From an uncultured delta proteobacterium (GTDB lineage: Bacteria; Desulfobacterota; RBG-13-43-22): a stretch of DNA of 64,000 nucleotides. Below the pieces are notes generated by a model. The model saw only the letters and a program-made list of their open reading frames with translations, did not search any database and was not told where the DNA came from. This document shows positions 49,916 to 60,534 of this stretch, piece after piece. Each line of letters starts with the position of its first letter. Positions within the stretch are counted from its first letter, which is position 1. The stretch is from NCBI GenBank assembly GCA_963790475.1, contig CAWBOS010000010.1, positions 1,408,001-1,472,000 on the forward strand, in the 5' to 3' direction. The position numbers and the translations under genes were made by a program.

Positions 49916-50237
49916 AAACTAATCAGTTCGAGGTTCAAGGTTTCGTCAGATAGATAGAACTTGGCCGTTGTTCACTTGAACCTATGGTTCCTTTACTCCT
50001 TGAATCCTCTAAATTCCAGCATAATCTTTTCAGACTTTTAGATATGATGTTCCTGTTAAGGTCATCCAGAGCCGTCACCTCAAGCTAAAAGCAAGGCCTG
50101 TGTCCCTCCTGGATTTCATATCAGGAAGGGGACGCGGGATCGGAATGATTGACAGGAGCTGATGCCGAAATTTTTAGAATCCCTCAGGTGCTCTCATAAC
50201 CAAATCTATAATATATATTGTAAGTTAGAAACAAACT

Positions 50238-52652
50238 ATGGCCTATCAAGATATCGATTTTGAAACGGAAAAAATTGTCGGGGAACCTTTTAAGGACCTG
50301 ACCATCCCTTCAGTCCTATCCCTTATTCCCGTCAGGGACGTGGTCGTTTTTACTAACATGATCATGCCCTTACTGGTAAGCAGAGAGAGTTCCATCCTGG
50401 CCGTTGAAAAGGCCGTCGCCCATGATCGCCTGGTCCTTTTAACCGCCCAAAAAAATTCTCTGGTCGAAGATCCAAAACCCGAAGACCTCTATTCCGTAGG
50501 GACCGCGGCCATCGTTCTGAGAACTCTGAAACTTATGGATGGGAGCATTAAAATCCTGGTCCAGGGAGTAGCCAGGGTCAGGATCCTGGAATATCTGGAA
50601 ATCCAGCCATTTATCCGGGTCCGCCTCCACCCCCTGTCTGAGCAGTTCGTGTCCGGAAATCAGGTGGAGACCGAAGCCCTGATGCGTAACGTTCGGGAAC
50701 AGAGCGAAAAAATTCTTTCTCTAAAAGATATGCTTTCAGCCGATGTGGTCACCATTTTGAACAGTATCGATGAGCCGGGGCAGTTGGCCGACCTGGTCGC
50801 TTCCAATTTAAGATTGAAGATTGAAGCCTCTCAGGAAATCCTGGAGTTGTCCGACCCCCTGGCCCGGCTGCAACGGATCAACGAACATCTGGCCAAAGAA
50901 CTGGAGGTTTCTACGGTACAGGCTCGTATCCAGTCGGAAGCCAAGGAGGAGATGGGCAGGGGCCAGAGGGAGTATTACCTTCGGGAACAACTCCGGGCTA
51001 TCCGTCGGGAATTGGGGGAATATGAAGAAAAAACGGCGGAGTTAAAAGAATATAGAACCAAGCTTGATGGAATGCGGATGCCTAAAGAGGCCAAGGAAGA
51101 AGCCTTAAAACAGGTTTCCCGCCTGGAGCAGATGCATCCCGATTCGGCCGAAACCTCCATTATCAGGACCTATGTAGACTGGATTGTATCCCTGCCCTGG
51201 GATAAAAAGACCCGGGACAAAATTAAGGTCAAAGAGGCCCAGAAGATCCTGGACGAGGACCACTATGACTTAAAAAAAGTAAAAGAGCGAATATTGGAAT
51301 TTTTAAGTGTCCGAAAATTGAATCCCGGGATGAAAGGTCCAATTCTATGCTTCGTCGGGCCACCGGGGGTTGGAAAAACCTCTCTGGGAAGGTCTATTGC
51401 CCGGGCTATGGGCCGGAAATTCATTCGCATCTCGCTGGGCGGGGTCCGGGATGAGGCCGAGATTCGAGGGCATCGCCGAACCTACATCGGGGCCTTGCCG
51501 GGAAGGATCTTGCAGGGGCTCAAACAGGTGGGCACCAATAACCCGGTGTTTATGATGGACGAGGTGGACAAAATCGGTTCGGATTTCCGGGGAAACCCGG
51601 CAGCCGCCTTGTTAGAGGTTCTGGACCCCGAACAAAACTTTTCCTTCAGTGATCATTATCTGAATATCCCCTTTGATCTTTCTTCGGTCATGTTCATCAC
51701 CACGGCTAATTCCATAGACCCTATTCCCTCGGCCCTCAAAGACCGTATGGAAGTGATCGAACTGTCCGGTTACACCGATGACGAAAAATTAAAAATCGCC
51801 CTCTCTCATCTGCTGCCCAGACAACTTAAAGAAAACGGCCTCAAGCCCGGACAATTGAAAATCAGTCGGGAAACCATTCTGAAAATCATCAACGAATATA
51901 CCGATGAAGCCGGCCTTCGCAATTTGGAAAAAGAATTGGCCGCCATCTGCCGCAAGACCGCCCGGCGCATCGCCGAGGGAGAAAAAGGACCTTTCACCGT
52001 TTTCAAAGGAAACCTGCACCGATTTCTGGGCTCGCCCCCCTATCTGCCCGATGAGGTGCGGAACCTGCATGAGGTGGGGGTGGCCACGGGACTGGCCTGG
52101 ACCCAGAGCGGCGGCGAATTACTCTATGTGGAAACGATGATCCTGAAGGGGAAAGGGAACTTCACCTTGACCGGTCAACTGGGCGACGTGATGAAAGAAT
52201 CGGCCCAGGCGGCCTTAAGTTATGCCCGATCAAGGTCGGAACGGTTGCATCTGAAAGATAATTTTTATGAACATTTGGACATCCATATCCATGTCCCGGC
52301 CGGAGCCATTCCCAAGGACGGCCCCTCGGCCGGGGTCACCCTGGTGACTTCCTTGATTTCCGCCTTAACCAGGATCCCGGTCAACAAGGACGTTGCTATG
52401 ACCGGTGAAATCACGCTCCGGGGCAGGGTCTTACCAATAGGCGGGCTCAAGGAAAAAACCCTGGCGGCTATCCGGGCCAAGATAAAAACCTTGATCATTC
52501 CGGAACAAAATAAAAGGGATTTGATGGAAATTCCCAGAGCAGTACGCCGCCGGATCGAGTTTGTTTTAGTAAAAGATATCGATGAGGTGGTTGACCTGGC
52601 CTTGCTGGCCCCAAAACCCAAGGCCAAAAAACTGTTACGTAAGATAATTTAG
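50238..52652 (+). CDS. lon: ATP-dependent Lon protease
   Basis: GPPGVGKT, RRTYIGALPG and PKDGPSAG (catalytic Ser) motifs. Confidence 0.97.
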   Translation: MAYQDIDFETEKIVGEPFKDLTIPSVLSLIPVRDVVVFTNMIMPLLVSRESSILAVEKAVAHDRLVLLTAQKNSLVEDPKPEDLYSVGTAAIVLRTLKLMDGSIKILVQGVARVRILEYLEIQPFIRVRLHPLSEQFVSGNQVETEALMRNVREQSEKILSLKDMLSADVVTILNSIDEPGQLADLVASNLRLKIEASQEILELSDPLARLQRINEHLAKELEVSTVQARIQSEAKEEMGRGQREYYLREQLRAIRRELGEYEEKTAELKEYRTKLDGMRMPKEAKEEALKQVSRLEQMHPDSAETSIIRTYVDWIVSLPWDKKTRDKIKVKEAQKILDEDHYDLKKVKERILEFLSVRKLNPGMKGPILCFVGPPGVGKTSLGRSIARAMGRKFIRISLGGVRDEAEIRGHRRTYIGALPGRILQGLKQVGTNNPVFMMDEVDKIGSDFRGNPAAALLEVLDPEQNFSFSDHYLNIPFDLSSVMFITTANSIDPIPSALKDRMEVIELSGYTDDEKLKIALSHLLPRQLKENGLKPGQLKISRETILKIINEYTDEAGLRNLEKELAAICRKTARRIAEGEKGPFTVFKGNLHRFLGSPPYLPDEVRNLHEVGVATGLAWTQSGGELLYVETMILKGKGNFTLTGQLGDVMKESAQAALSYARSRSERLHLKDNFYEHLDIHIHVPAGAIPKDGPSAGVTLVTSLISALTRIPVNKDVAMTGEITLRGRVLPIGGLKEKTLAAIRAKIKTLIIPEQNKRDLMEIPRAVRRRIEFVLVKDIDEVVDLALLAPKPKAKKLLRKII

Positions 52653-52676
52653 AATCTTACAAAAAATTCAACTTAT

Positions 52677-52800
52677 ACGGGTTGATCAAAAACGTTCAGA
52701 TGCAAGGCGCCCGAAATTCCGAGGAATGAAGGCGTACAGGGAACGGGATGAGGGCAATCCCGCTAAGGGCGGGACAGATGGATGTTTTTCATCAACCCGT
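52677..52800. mobile_element. 124-bp MITE with 22-bp terminal inverted repeats
   Basis: ACGGGTTGATCAAAAACGTTCA / TGGATGTTTTTCATCAACCCGT (3 mismatches). Confidence 0.75.
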
Positions 52801-52811
52801 CAAGGGTATCT

Positions 52812-54005
52812 ATGAACATTGCTTACTTCGACTGCTTCTCCGGTATCAGCGGAGACATGATCCTGGGGGCTTTTTTGGATCTCGGGTTCCCTCAAAAACT
52901 TTTGCGGCAAACCTTGAGCCAAATCCCCCTCCCTGAACTCCGTTTACTGGTAAAACGGGAGGGACGTTCCCACATCACCGGATATTCCCTGCAAGTTCAT
53001 GGAAAAAAAGGGAAACCCATTGCCCGAACCTATAAATCCATCAAACAGCTTATTGAAACAAGCAAGGTTACTCTTCCGGTCAAAGAAAACAGTCTGGCTA
53101 TTCTCAAGCGATTGGCCCAGGTGGAAGCCAAAATTCATGGCCTCGAATTGGAGGAAGTGCATTTCCATGAAATCGGGGCCTTGGATACCATCGTGGATAT
53201 CGTTGGGGCAGCGCTGGCTTTTGAATATTTTCAAATTCAGGAAGTGATTTCCTCTCCCCTGCCTGTCGGCCGGGGATGGGTCCAAAGCGGTCATGGCCCC
53301 CTGCCCCTTCCGGCCCCGGCCACCCTGGCCTTGCTCCGGGGGGCAGCGGTAATTCCATCCAATGGGGAAAAGGAATTGGTCACCCCCACCGGGGCGGCCA
53401 TCCTCACCCACTATGCCCGGTCTTACGGACCTCCGCCGGCCTTGTTTTTAAAAGGAGTGGGCTATGGTCTGGGGCAGATCCACCTTCAGGATCGTCCCAA
53501 TGCCCTCAGGATCTGGCTGGGTGAAAAAACTTCCGGCCTAATCAACGAAAAACTGATCGTCCTGGAAACCAATATCGACGATATGAATCCCCAGTGGTAC
53601 GATAACCTGCTGGAGCGTCTGTTTGAGGCCGGGGCTTTGGATTGTCTCTTGATTCCCTGCCAGATGAAAAAAAATAGACCCGCGGTCCTGCTCCAGGTTT
53701 TATCCAAACCGGAAACTATGGCTCCATTGCAAACTATTCTCTTGAATGAGACTACTACCCTTGGCGTCAGGTCTTATGAAGTGGACCGCCTTTCCCTGCC
53801 CCGGTCCATCCAATCCATCAAAACCCCCTGGGGCCGTATACGAATCAAAAGAATAACGCGGCCCGGTCATACCCATAAGTCCGCGGATGATTTTTCTATT
53901 GAGTATGATGACCTCAAAGAACTGGCCCGATCTCAGAAAGGGACCCTGAAGGAACTGGATGCCAAAATTCGTCATTGGGTTTTGAAAGAAAAAATCTTAA
54001 CTTGA
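52812..54005 (+). CDS. larC: Nickel-pincer cofactor nickel insertase LarC
   Basis: YFDCFSGISGDM, VHFHEIGALD, ETNIDD, MKKNRP and ETTTLGVR motifs. Confidence 0.93.
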   Translation: MNIAYFDCFSGISGDMILGAFLDLGFPQKLLRQTLSQIPLPELRLLVKREGRSHITGYSLQVHGKKGKPIARTYKSIKQLIETSKVTLPVKENSLAILKRLAQVEAKIHGLELEEVHFHEIGALDTIVDIVGAALAFEYFQIQEVISSPLPVGRGWVQSGHGPLPLPAPATLALLRGAAVIPSNGEKELVTPTGAAILTHYARSYGPPPALFLKGVGYGLGQIHLQDRPNALRIWLGEKTSGLINEKLIVLETNIDDMNPQWYDNLLERLFEAGALDCLLIPCQMKKNRPAVLLQVLSKPETMAPLQTILLNETTTLGVRSYEVDRLSLPRSIQSIKTPWGRIRIKRITRPGHTHKSADDFSIEYDDLKELARSQKGTLKELDAKIRHWVLKEKILT

Positions 54006-54204
54006 CCCTATCTTTTCCTTACCCATCACCCGAGGCATCAAGGACCGAAGGATGAAATTGATGCCGAAAAAAATTTTTGGGAAAATCCATTTAGCAATCA
54101 GTTCCACTTGAACTAAAAATCATTCTCGTAACTCTTGAACCGTTCGCCAGAGAAATAAAATTGATCTATAAACTGCTTAGAATTTTGCTGGGAGGGGCAA
54201 TCTC

Positions 54205-55389
54205 ATGAACTTTATCCGTCGATACTTGCTGGTAACCTTTGTCATATCAATTTTTATCTTTCTCTTTGGGGTCGCCCAAGCCCAAACAAATCTCAATGCC
54301 CGACTTACCCCCTATCTGTCCCAATACAACCTGCCGGCTCTTGCCGCCGCGGTCGTCAAAGGGGGAAGGATTATCGCCGCCGGTGCTGTCGGCACCCGTA
54401 AGGCGGGATCGAATATTCCGGTTACCCTGAATGACCGGTTCCATCTGGGCTCAGATACCAAGGCCATGACCGCCTTATTGGCCGCCATGCTGGTGGAAGA
54501 AGGAAAGCTGCGTTGGAACACAACCATCGGGGAGGTCTTTCCCGAGCTGGCCGAGAAGATGGACCCCGCCTTGCGAGGCGTCACCCTGGAACAATTGCTA
54601 TCGCATACCAGTGGTATTCCGACCGATAATGAAGACGTCTTCAAACTGTATTCAGAAGCCATGTCCCAGGAAGGAAACCTCGATGAGATGCGCTACTGGC
54701 TCGTTCAGCAATGGAGCAAGCGGCCTCTGGGTTCCCCTCCGGGAACGAAATTCGCTTATTCGAATACGGGATATATATTCGTGGGGGCCATGATCGAACG
54801 AATTGGGGGAAAGACCTGGGACGAGATGATTACCGACCGAATCTTCGGCCCTTTGAAGCTTCGAACCGCCGGTCTCGGGCCACAGGCCTCGCTCGGCAAA
54901 ATCGATGCGCCTCTCGGGCATGCCTTAATCAATGGAAAGGTGAAGGCCTTTCTCGCCGGTCCCAATGGTGACGGCCCGCCCATTGTTGGCCCGGCCGGGA
55001 TCGCCCACATGTCGATCCTTGATTTTGCGCGCTGGGCCGGGTGGAATGCCGGCGAGGGAAAGCGTATGCCGGCCCTGGTCAGGCCGGATACCCTGCGCAA
55101 ACTGCACACCCCGGTCATTTCCATGCCGGAAAGAAAGGATGCCGCACCCGGCACTCCACCGGGCGGAAAATATGCCCTGGGGTGGGGAGAACTGACTGTT
55201 GACTGGGCTCCTTATCCCCTCCTCTATCATGGTGGTTCAAACAGCATGAATCTGGCCCACATCTGGCTTGATACCAAATCGGATACAGCATTGGTCATGA
55301 CCACCAACATCAGTAGTCCGGAGGCCAATCAGGCCTTTTCCAAGCTGGCAAAGGAACTTTATACAAACTTCATTCCAAAAAAGAAATAA
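54205..55389 (+). CDS. Exported serine hydrolase (beta-lactamase/PBP-like)
   Basis: Signal peptide, SDTK (SxxK), LLSHTSG, YSN and HGGS motifs. Confidence 0.9.
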   Translation: MNFIRRYLLVTFVISIFIFLFGVAQAQTNLNARLTPYLSQYNLPALAAAVVKGGRIIAAGAVGTRKAGSNIPVTLNDRFHLGSDTKAMTALLAAMLVEEGKLRWNTTIGEVFPELAEKMDPALRGVTLEQLLSHTSGIPTDNEDVFKLYSEAMSQEGNLDEMRYWLVQQWSKRPLGSPPGTKFAYSNTGYIFVGAMIERIGGKTWDEMITDRIFGPLKLRTAGLGPQASLGKIDAPLGHALINGKVKAFLAGPNGDGPPIVGPAGIAHMSILDFARWAGWNAGEGKRMPALVRPDTLRKLHTPVISMPERKDAAPGTPPGGKYALGWGELTVDWAPYPLLYHGGSNSMNLAHIWLDTKSDTALVMTTNISSPEANQAFSKLAKELYTNFIPKKK

Positions 55390-55432
55390 AAGAAAAGGTG
55401 TAACACGTTAGCCTTATGAAAATAAATTATCT

Positions 55433-55594
55433 GACAGGATTAACAGGATTGACATGTTTTTTGCTCAGGCCCTGTTAGGCCCTGAGCAACTTCGATCCGC
55501 TTTCAGCGGAAATTAAGGCTATCCATAAGACAATTTGGTTTGTGCCTTTCATCCGGAAAGGCACAATAATCGAAGTAATCCTGTAAATCCTGTC
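55433..55594. repeat. Palindromic element with ACAGGATT 9-mer termini and three internal hairpins
   Basis: GACAGGATTAACAGGATT...AATCCTGTAAATCCTGTC. Confidence 0.7.
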
Positions 55595-55645
55595 TAATAA
55601 AGACTTTGAATTTCAAAAACTAAAAAGATACGAAAAAGGAAAGAA

Positions 55646-55969
55646 ATGATTGAAATCCGTCGCGAGCAGTCCGGCGACTCCGTTGCAGTCCATAATATCA
55701 ATGAACTGGCCTTTGGTCAGCCCACCGAGGCCATTCTGGTGGACACCCTTCGGACCGCCTGCCCGGATGCCTTGTCTTTAGTAGCCACAATGGATGATCA
55801 GGTTGTCGGGCACATTCTATTCACGCCGGTCACCGTAGTCGTCCCCCAAGGAGAAATTAAGGGCCTGGGGCTGGCACCTATGTCTGTGACACCCGAATTC
55901 CAGCGTCGGGGGACCGGCTCCCAGCTTGTCAGGGTCATTTTCCCCTATCGCCCCATATCCCGGACTTAA
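55646..55969 (+). pseudogene. YhbS-like GNAT acetyltransferase, C-terminally truncated
   Basis: VVGHILFTP and LAPMSVTPEFQRRGTGSQLV present, but the usual VLG..YY.RFGF half is missing. Confidence 0.7.
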
Positions 55970-55975
55970 TATTGA

Positions 55976-56611
55976 ATGGTATCGAAAAAAATTAAACCGC
56001 TCACCCAACCGGTCTTTTACCAGGCCCTAAACATCCTAAAAAATCGGGACAGCGATATAGCTAAGGTCTTGTCCACTTTGGGCCCACCACCATTTTGGAA
56101 ACGCGATCCCGGTTTTTCGACGCTGGTACAGATTATTCTCGAACAGCAGGTTTCTCTATCCTCGGCCAGAGCGGCTTTTAATCGTCTGCTGCAGGCCATC
56201 CCTGTCTTGACCCCGGAAGAATTCCTGAAGCTGGACCTCAAAACGCTTAAACAAATAGGGTTCAGCCGTCAGAAGGCTTATTACTGCCGTCATCTGGCCG
56301 AATCCGTTATCTCGGGTTCCCTTAACCTGGAGGGCCTCAAGAAGATGGAGGATGACCAGGCTCGTGCCGAATTAATCCGGATTAAGGGAATCGGCCGCTG
56401 GACGGCGGATATCTATCTTTTGATCGCCCTTCGACGTCCGAATATCTGGCCTATCGGAGATCTGGCCCTGAGCGCTGCCGTTCAACGGGTTAAAGGAATC
56501 AAGGCCCAACCTTCCCTGCAGCAACTGGAGACTCTGAGTCTGGCCTGGGAGCCATGGAGGGGGGTTGCCGCCCGGATCTTCTGGCACTATTATCTTAATA
56601 CTCAAAAATAA
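55976..56611 (+). CDS. AlkA-family DNA-3-methyladenine glycosylase
   Basis: ILEQQVS, IKGIGRWTA HhH, P.GD and WEPWR motifs. Confidence 0.9.
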   Translation: MVSKKIKPLTQPVFYQALNILKNRDSDIAKVLSTLGPPPFWKRDPGFSTLVQIILEQQVSLSSARAAFNRLLQAIPVLTPEEFLKLDLKTLKQIGFSRQKAYYCRHLAESVISGSLNLEGLKKMEDDQARAELIRIKGIGRWTADIYLLIALRRPNIWPIGDLALSAAVQRVKGIKAQPSLQQLETLSLAWEPWRGVAARIFWHYYLNTQK

Positions 56612-56796
56612 TCAAAATGGAAAACATTCCATTGGAGCGGCCATCATTTGAGCTCCGTGGCGGATATTTTTTTCAAGAACAAAATAATGGTAACCTGCAA
56701 TTATTTGTTTATCTGGGGTTGATATTCATGCCCAATATATATATATATTCAGTGAACATGACCGAAGGATTTTATCAACCACAGTGAAGGATTCAG

Positions 56797-57471
56797 GTGG
56801 ATATTACCCTTAACGACACTATACATATTCTTAATCTGATCGGCACGGCTGTCTTTGCCATCACTGGAGCCCTCGCCGCCGGCAGGAAAAGGATGGATAT
56901 CTTTGGCGTAGTAGTGCTGGGCTGCGTGACCGCTTTGGGGGGCGGCACTCTAAGGGACATGATCCTCGGGGCCTATCCAATCTTCTGGATTTCAAACACG
57001 GTATATCTTGGGGCAGCCACGATTGCGGCGATCGGCACATTTATAACGGCGCGGTACTGGAAACTGCCCGCTACCCTCCTGATGTATGGGGACGCGGTCG
57101 GCCTGGCGGTTTTCACGGTCATTGGATTTCAGAAGGGCCTGCAGGCAACCCATGAATTCAGCATCGGGATCGTCATGGGTGTCACTACCGGCGTGGTCGG
57201 CGGCATCGTTCGCGATGTCCTTTCAGGGGAGATCCCCCTGATCCTTCGCCGGGAGATCTACGCCTCGGCGAGCCTTTGCGGCGCCCTTCTGCTGGCGATT
57301 CTGTCTTATCTTGGTTTGCCAAGCCCGTTGATTATTCTTCTTTCGGCTTTAGCCATATTGATCTTGCGGGTGGCCGCTCTGCACTGGAATTTGGCTTTAC
57401 CTCTCCTCTGGCTTCGGGAAGATCAAGAGTCCGCAACCAGAGTCGATCGAAGGTCCGGAGATAAGGATTGA
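56797..57471 (+). CDS. TRIC cation channel family (UPF0126/YadS-like) protein
   Basis: FAITGA...D.FG, GGGTLRD and GGIVRD...REIYA repeats. Confidence 0.9.
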   Translation: MDITLNDTIHILNLIGTAVFAITGALAAGRKRMDIFGVVVLGCVTALGGGTLRDMILGAYPIFWISNTVYLGAATIAAIGTFITARYWKLPATLLMYGDAVGLAVFTVIGFQKGLQATHEFSIGIVMGVTTGVVGGIVRDVLSGEIPLILRREIYASASLCGALLLAILSYLGLPSPLIILLSALAILILRVAALHWNLALPLLWLREDQESATRVDRRSGDKD

Positions 57472-57562
57472 CCGCTCTCTTCAGCCTTTCGTCATCCCTG
57501 AGGTTATGGGTATGATTAAACAGGGGCCCCCCTTAATCACCGGGAAGAAAGATGGGTTGAAC

Positions 57563-57985
57563 ATGGCCATCAGACCATTTGACCCTTCCGATGAAGAGTC
57601 CGTTATCAAGCTTTGGACAGACTGCGGACTTGTCGTTCCCTGGAATAATCCCCATCTGGACATCCGGCGAAAGCTCAAGGTGCAGGCCGACGGGTTTCTG
57701 GTCGCCTTGACAGACCGGCGGATCATTGCGACCGTCATGGCCGGATATGACGGCCACAGAGGATGGATAAACTATCTCGCGGTCAACCCCCGATACCGGA
57801 ATAGGGGGATCGGCAGATATATGATGGAGACCGCGGAGGACTATCTTCGGGCATTGGGTTGTCCCAAAATCAACTTACAAGTACGCAGCTCGAATACCGG
57901 AGTAATTGAATTCTACAACAGGATCGGCTTTAAGCCGGACAATGCTGTGAGCCTGGGCAAACGTCTGGAAACCGATGAGGTATGA
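57563..57985 (+). CDS. YpeA-like GNAT acetyltransferase
   Basis: MAGYDGHRGWINYLAV and GCPKINLQVR motifs. Confidence 0.9.
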   Translation: MAIRPFDPSDEESVIKLWTDCGLVVPWNNPHLDIRRKLKVQADGFLVALTDRRIIATVMAGYDGHRGWINYLAVNPRYRNRGIGRYMMETAEDYLRALGCPKINLQVRSSNTGVIEFYNRIGFKPDNAVSLGKRLETDEV

Positions 57986-58030
57986 ATGACGTAGCTGATA
58001 GAATCATTAAGGCATTAAAAGGAAGATCCT

Positions 58031-59071
58031 ATGATAACCTCGAGAAAAAATATTGCAGCGGTTTTGATGGTATTTTTATTTCTGCTCGCGGCCCATTGGG
58101 CAACGGCCAAAGAAGAGGCCCCTCCAGCACCAGGGAAGGTATCTTCCGGCACTCATACTGTCCAGATTGCCTCGGGCGGGTTAGATCGACGCTATGTCAT
58201 TCATATTCCATCGGGATACAATACTGACAAAAAGTGGCCGGTGGTGATCATGTTTCATGGTGGTGGAGGTACGGCTAAAGGCGCCATGTGGGAAACCGGC
58301 TGGACAGAGAAGGGCGACCAGGAAGGCTTCCTGTCCGTGTTCCCCGAAGGTACACCCCCGGACCCCTCCCGTCCGAGCCGGTTCCGTGACAATCCGCAGA
58401 CCTGGAATGACGGTTCCAAGAGACCCGGCATCGGCGCAGTAGATCGAGAGGTAGCCGATGTGGAGTTCGTATCCGCCTTACTCTCCGACCTGGATATGCG
58501 ATTCAAGGTGGACAAAAGCCGGATCTATGTCACTGGCTTTTCCAACGGGGCCTCGATGTCTTTTCGTCTGGCCCGGGAACTATCCTCCTTCATTGCCGCT
58601 GCCGCCCCTGTCGCCGGCGCAGACTGGCTGGATCAAGAAAACCCGGGGCGCCTTGTTCCCCTTCTGTACATCACCGGAACAGCTGATCCTCTGAATCCCT
58701 TCGCCGGGGGTGAAATCCGGATAGGACAAAAAACCTACGGAAACAAACCGTCAACCCAGGAGATGATCGGGAAATGGATAGCGATGCTTGACTGTAAACA
58801 AAAGCCGCTTGTGGTGTATGACCAGGATGGGGCCAAAGGAACAGCCTATGGCTGTCCAGGCAAAGACCACGATGTCGTTCTCTACATCATCGAGGGGCAC
58901 GGTCACCACTGGCCCGGCGGCCGATCCGCCCTACCGGAGTTCCTGGCGGGAAAAAACAAGGCCAAACTTAAAGCGACAGATGTCATCTGGGAGTTTTTTA
59001 AAAAGTATTCCCTAGTTGATTCGACACCCGTTCAAGAATCTTCGGAGAAGGGGAACGAGCCCCGGCGATGA
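58031..59071 (+). CDS. Exported alpha/beta hydrolase (LpqC/PHB-depolymerase-like esterase)
   Basis: FHGGGG, GFSNG nucleophile, GTAD and GHHWPG motifs. Confidence 0.88.
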   Translation: MITSRKNIAAVLMVFLFLLAAHWATAKEEAPPAPGKVSSGTHTVQIASGGLDRRYVIHIPSGYNTDKKWPVVIMFHGGGGTAKGAMWETGWTEKGDQEGFLSVFPEGTPPDPSRPSRFRDNPQTWNDGSKRPGIGAVDREVADVEFVSALLSDLDMRFKVDKSRIYVTGFSNGASMSFRLARELSSFIAAAAPVAGADWLDQENPGRLVPLLYITGTADPLNPFAGGEIRIGQKTYGNKPSTQEMIGKWIAMLDCKQKPLVVYDQDGAKGTAYGCPGKDHDVVLYIIEGHGHHWPGGRSALPEFLAGKNKAKLKATDVIWEFFKKYSLVDSTPVQESSEKGNEPRR

Positions 59072-59126
59072 TCGACCGCATTAAAGAACATCAAGATATT
59101 CTTCAAATGGAGCTGGAGATTTACCC

Positions 59127-59864
59127 ATGCGATTACAATTCATCGGAAGCGGTGACGCCTTTGGCAGCGGCGGGAGACTAAACACCTGCTTCCACGTCAC
59201 CGGCCAACAGGTGAATTTCCTGATTGACTGCGGGGCCTCTTCTTTAATCGGATTGAAAAAGGAAGATATCCGGTTAAATGGAATTCAGGCCATCTTCGTG
59301 ACGCATTTTCATGCAGACCACTTCGGCGGTATTCCCTTTTTCATGCTTGATGCCCAGTTCTCATCCAAGAGGAATCAACCGCTGATCATCGTCGGCCCGC
59401 CCGGGTTGGTACATTGCTATGAACAGGTCATGGAAACTTCATTTCCCGGGTCGTCAAAAACAAAACCTAAGTTCGGCCTGTCTTTCATCGAACTCAGGCC
59501 CAAGGAACCGGCCGAAGTTGCCGGAGTTAAAGTCAGACCCTTCCAGGCCCTTCACGGAGATTCAGATGGCCCCTTCTTTTCCTACCGATTTGAAGCTGAA
59601 AACCGCGCCCTGGCCTACAGTGGGGACACGGAATGGACCGACGAACTAATAGAAGCGGCATCTCAATCCGATCTCTTCATCTCCGAGGCTTACTTCCTCG
59701 AAAAGAAGGTCAAGTTTCATCTCGACTTGGCGAACATAACCAGGCACCTGCCTCTTATTCAAACAAAACGGTTGATTCTCACCCATATGAGCAGTGACCT
59801 TTTGGATCGCCTGGACAACCTGGCCTTTGAGACGGCCTATGACGGAAAACTGGTCTATTTTTAG
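59127..59864 (+). CDS. MBL-fold metallohydrolase (RNase Z-like)
   Basis: GSGDAF, THFHADH, YSGDT and LTH motifs. Confidence 0.88.
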   Translation: MRLQFIGSGDAFGSGGRLNTCFHVTGQQVNFLIDCGASSLIGLKKEDIRLNGIQAIFVTHFHADHFGGIPFFMLDAQFSSKRNQPLIIVGPPGLVHCYEQVMETSFPGSSKTKPKFGLSFIELRPKEPAEVAGVKVRPFQALHGDSDGPFFSYRFEAENRALAYSGDTEWTDELIEAASQSDLFISEAYFLEKKVKFHLDLANITRHLPLIQTKRLILTHMSSDLLDRLDNLAFETAYDGKLVYF

Positions 59865-59972
59865 ATACTCCAGCAGAATTCAGACCGATTGGGTAGATTG
59901 ATTTTATTTTGACAGGTAATTGGCCAGGGGATATTATTTCCTATAAGTCCAAGACAGAAGGAGTCTTCAAAA

Positions 59973-60446
59973 ATGCCGGATATCCCCTGGATAGACATTA
60001 TCGGACTTTTTATTTTCCTGGCCGGATTTATCATCGGCCTGGGAGCCGTCACCGTTATCGACCTGCATGGTTTTCTAGGCCGGAAATCACCTTACTGGAC
60101 CGAGGCGACCACGCGAACCCATAAAGTGACCAAGCCCCTCATCTGGATCGGTCTCTTGCTGACCATTATCGGCGGTCTGATAACCTATCGGAAGAACGGT
60201 TTGACCGGCATTCCCTGTTATCAAGCGATCATCGGCATTTTATTAGTTTTAAACGGCCTCTTTTTAAGCTTTCGCGTCAGCCCATTCTTATTAAAACGGG
60301 AAAAGGAAGGCAGAGCTTCTGAATTGCTTCCTACTTCCTGGCAGGTTAAAATTACCGTGGGTTTTATCATTTCTTTTTTGGGCTGGTGGAGTGCCCTTTT
60401 CCTGCTGGTGTGGTTTCTCCTGGTCACTCGTTGCCCATTTACTTAA
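59973..60446 (+). CDS. Hypothetical four-TM membrane protein
   Basis: AAGGAG RBS and four hydrophobic segments. Confidence 0.7.
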   Translation: MPDIPWIDIIGLFIFLAGFIIGLGAVTVIDLHGFLGRKSPYWTEATTRTHKVTKPLIWIGLLLTIIGGLITYRKNGLTGIPCYQAIIGILLVLNGLFLSFRVSPFLLKREKEGRASELLPTSWQVKITVGFIISFLGWWSALFLLVWFLLVTRCPFT

Positions 60447-60534
60447 AAAATAACTTTTTGTTTTTATTGGTATCGGGATGAATCAAACCGAAAGGACTTA
60501 AAGATTTTAAAACCTGTGGAAAGGATAATAGATC

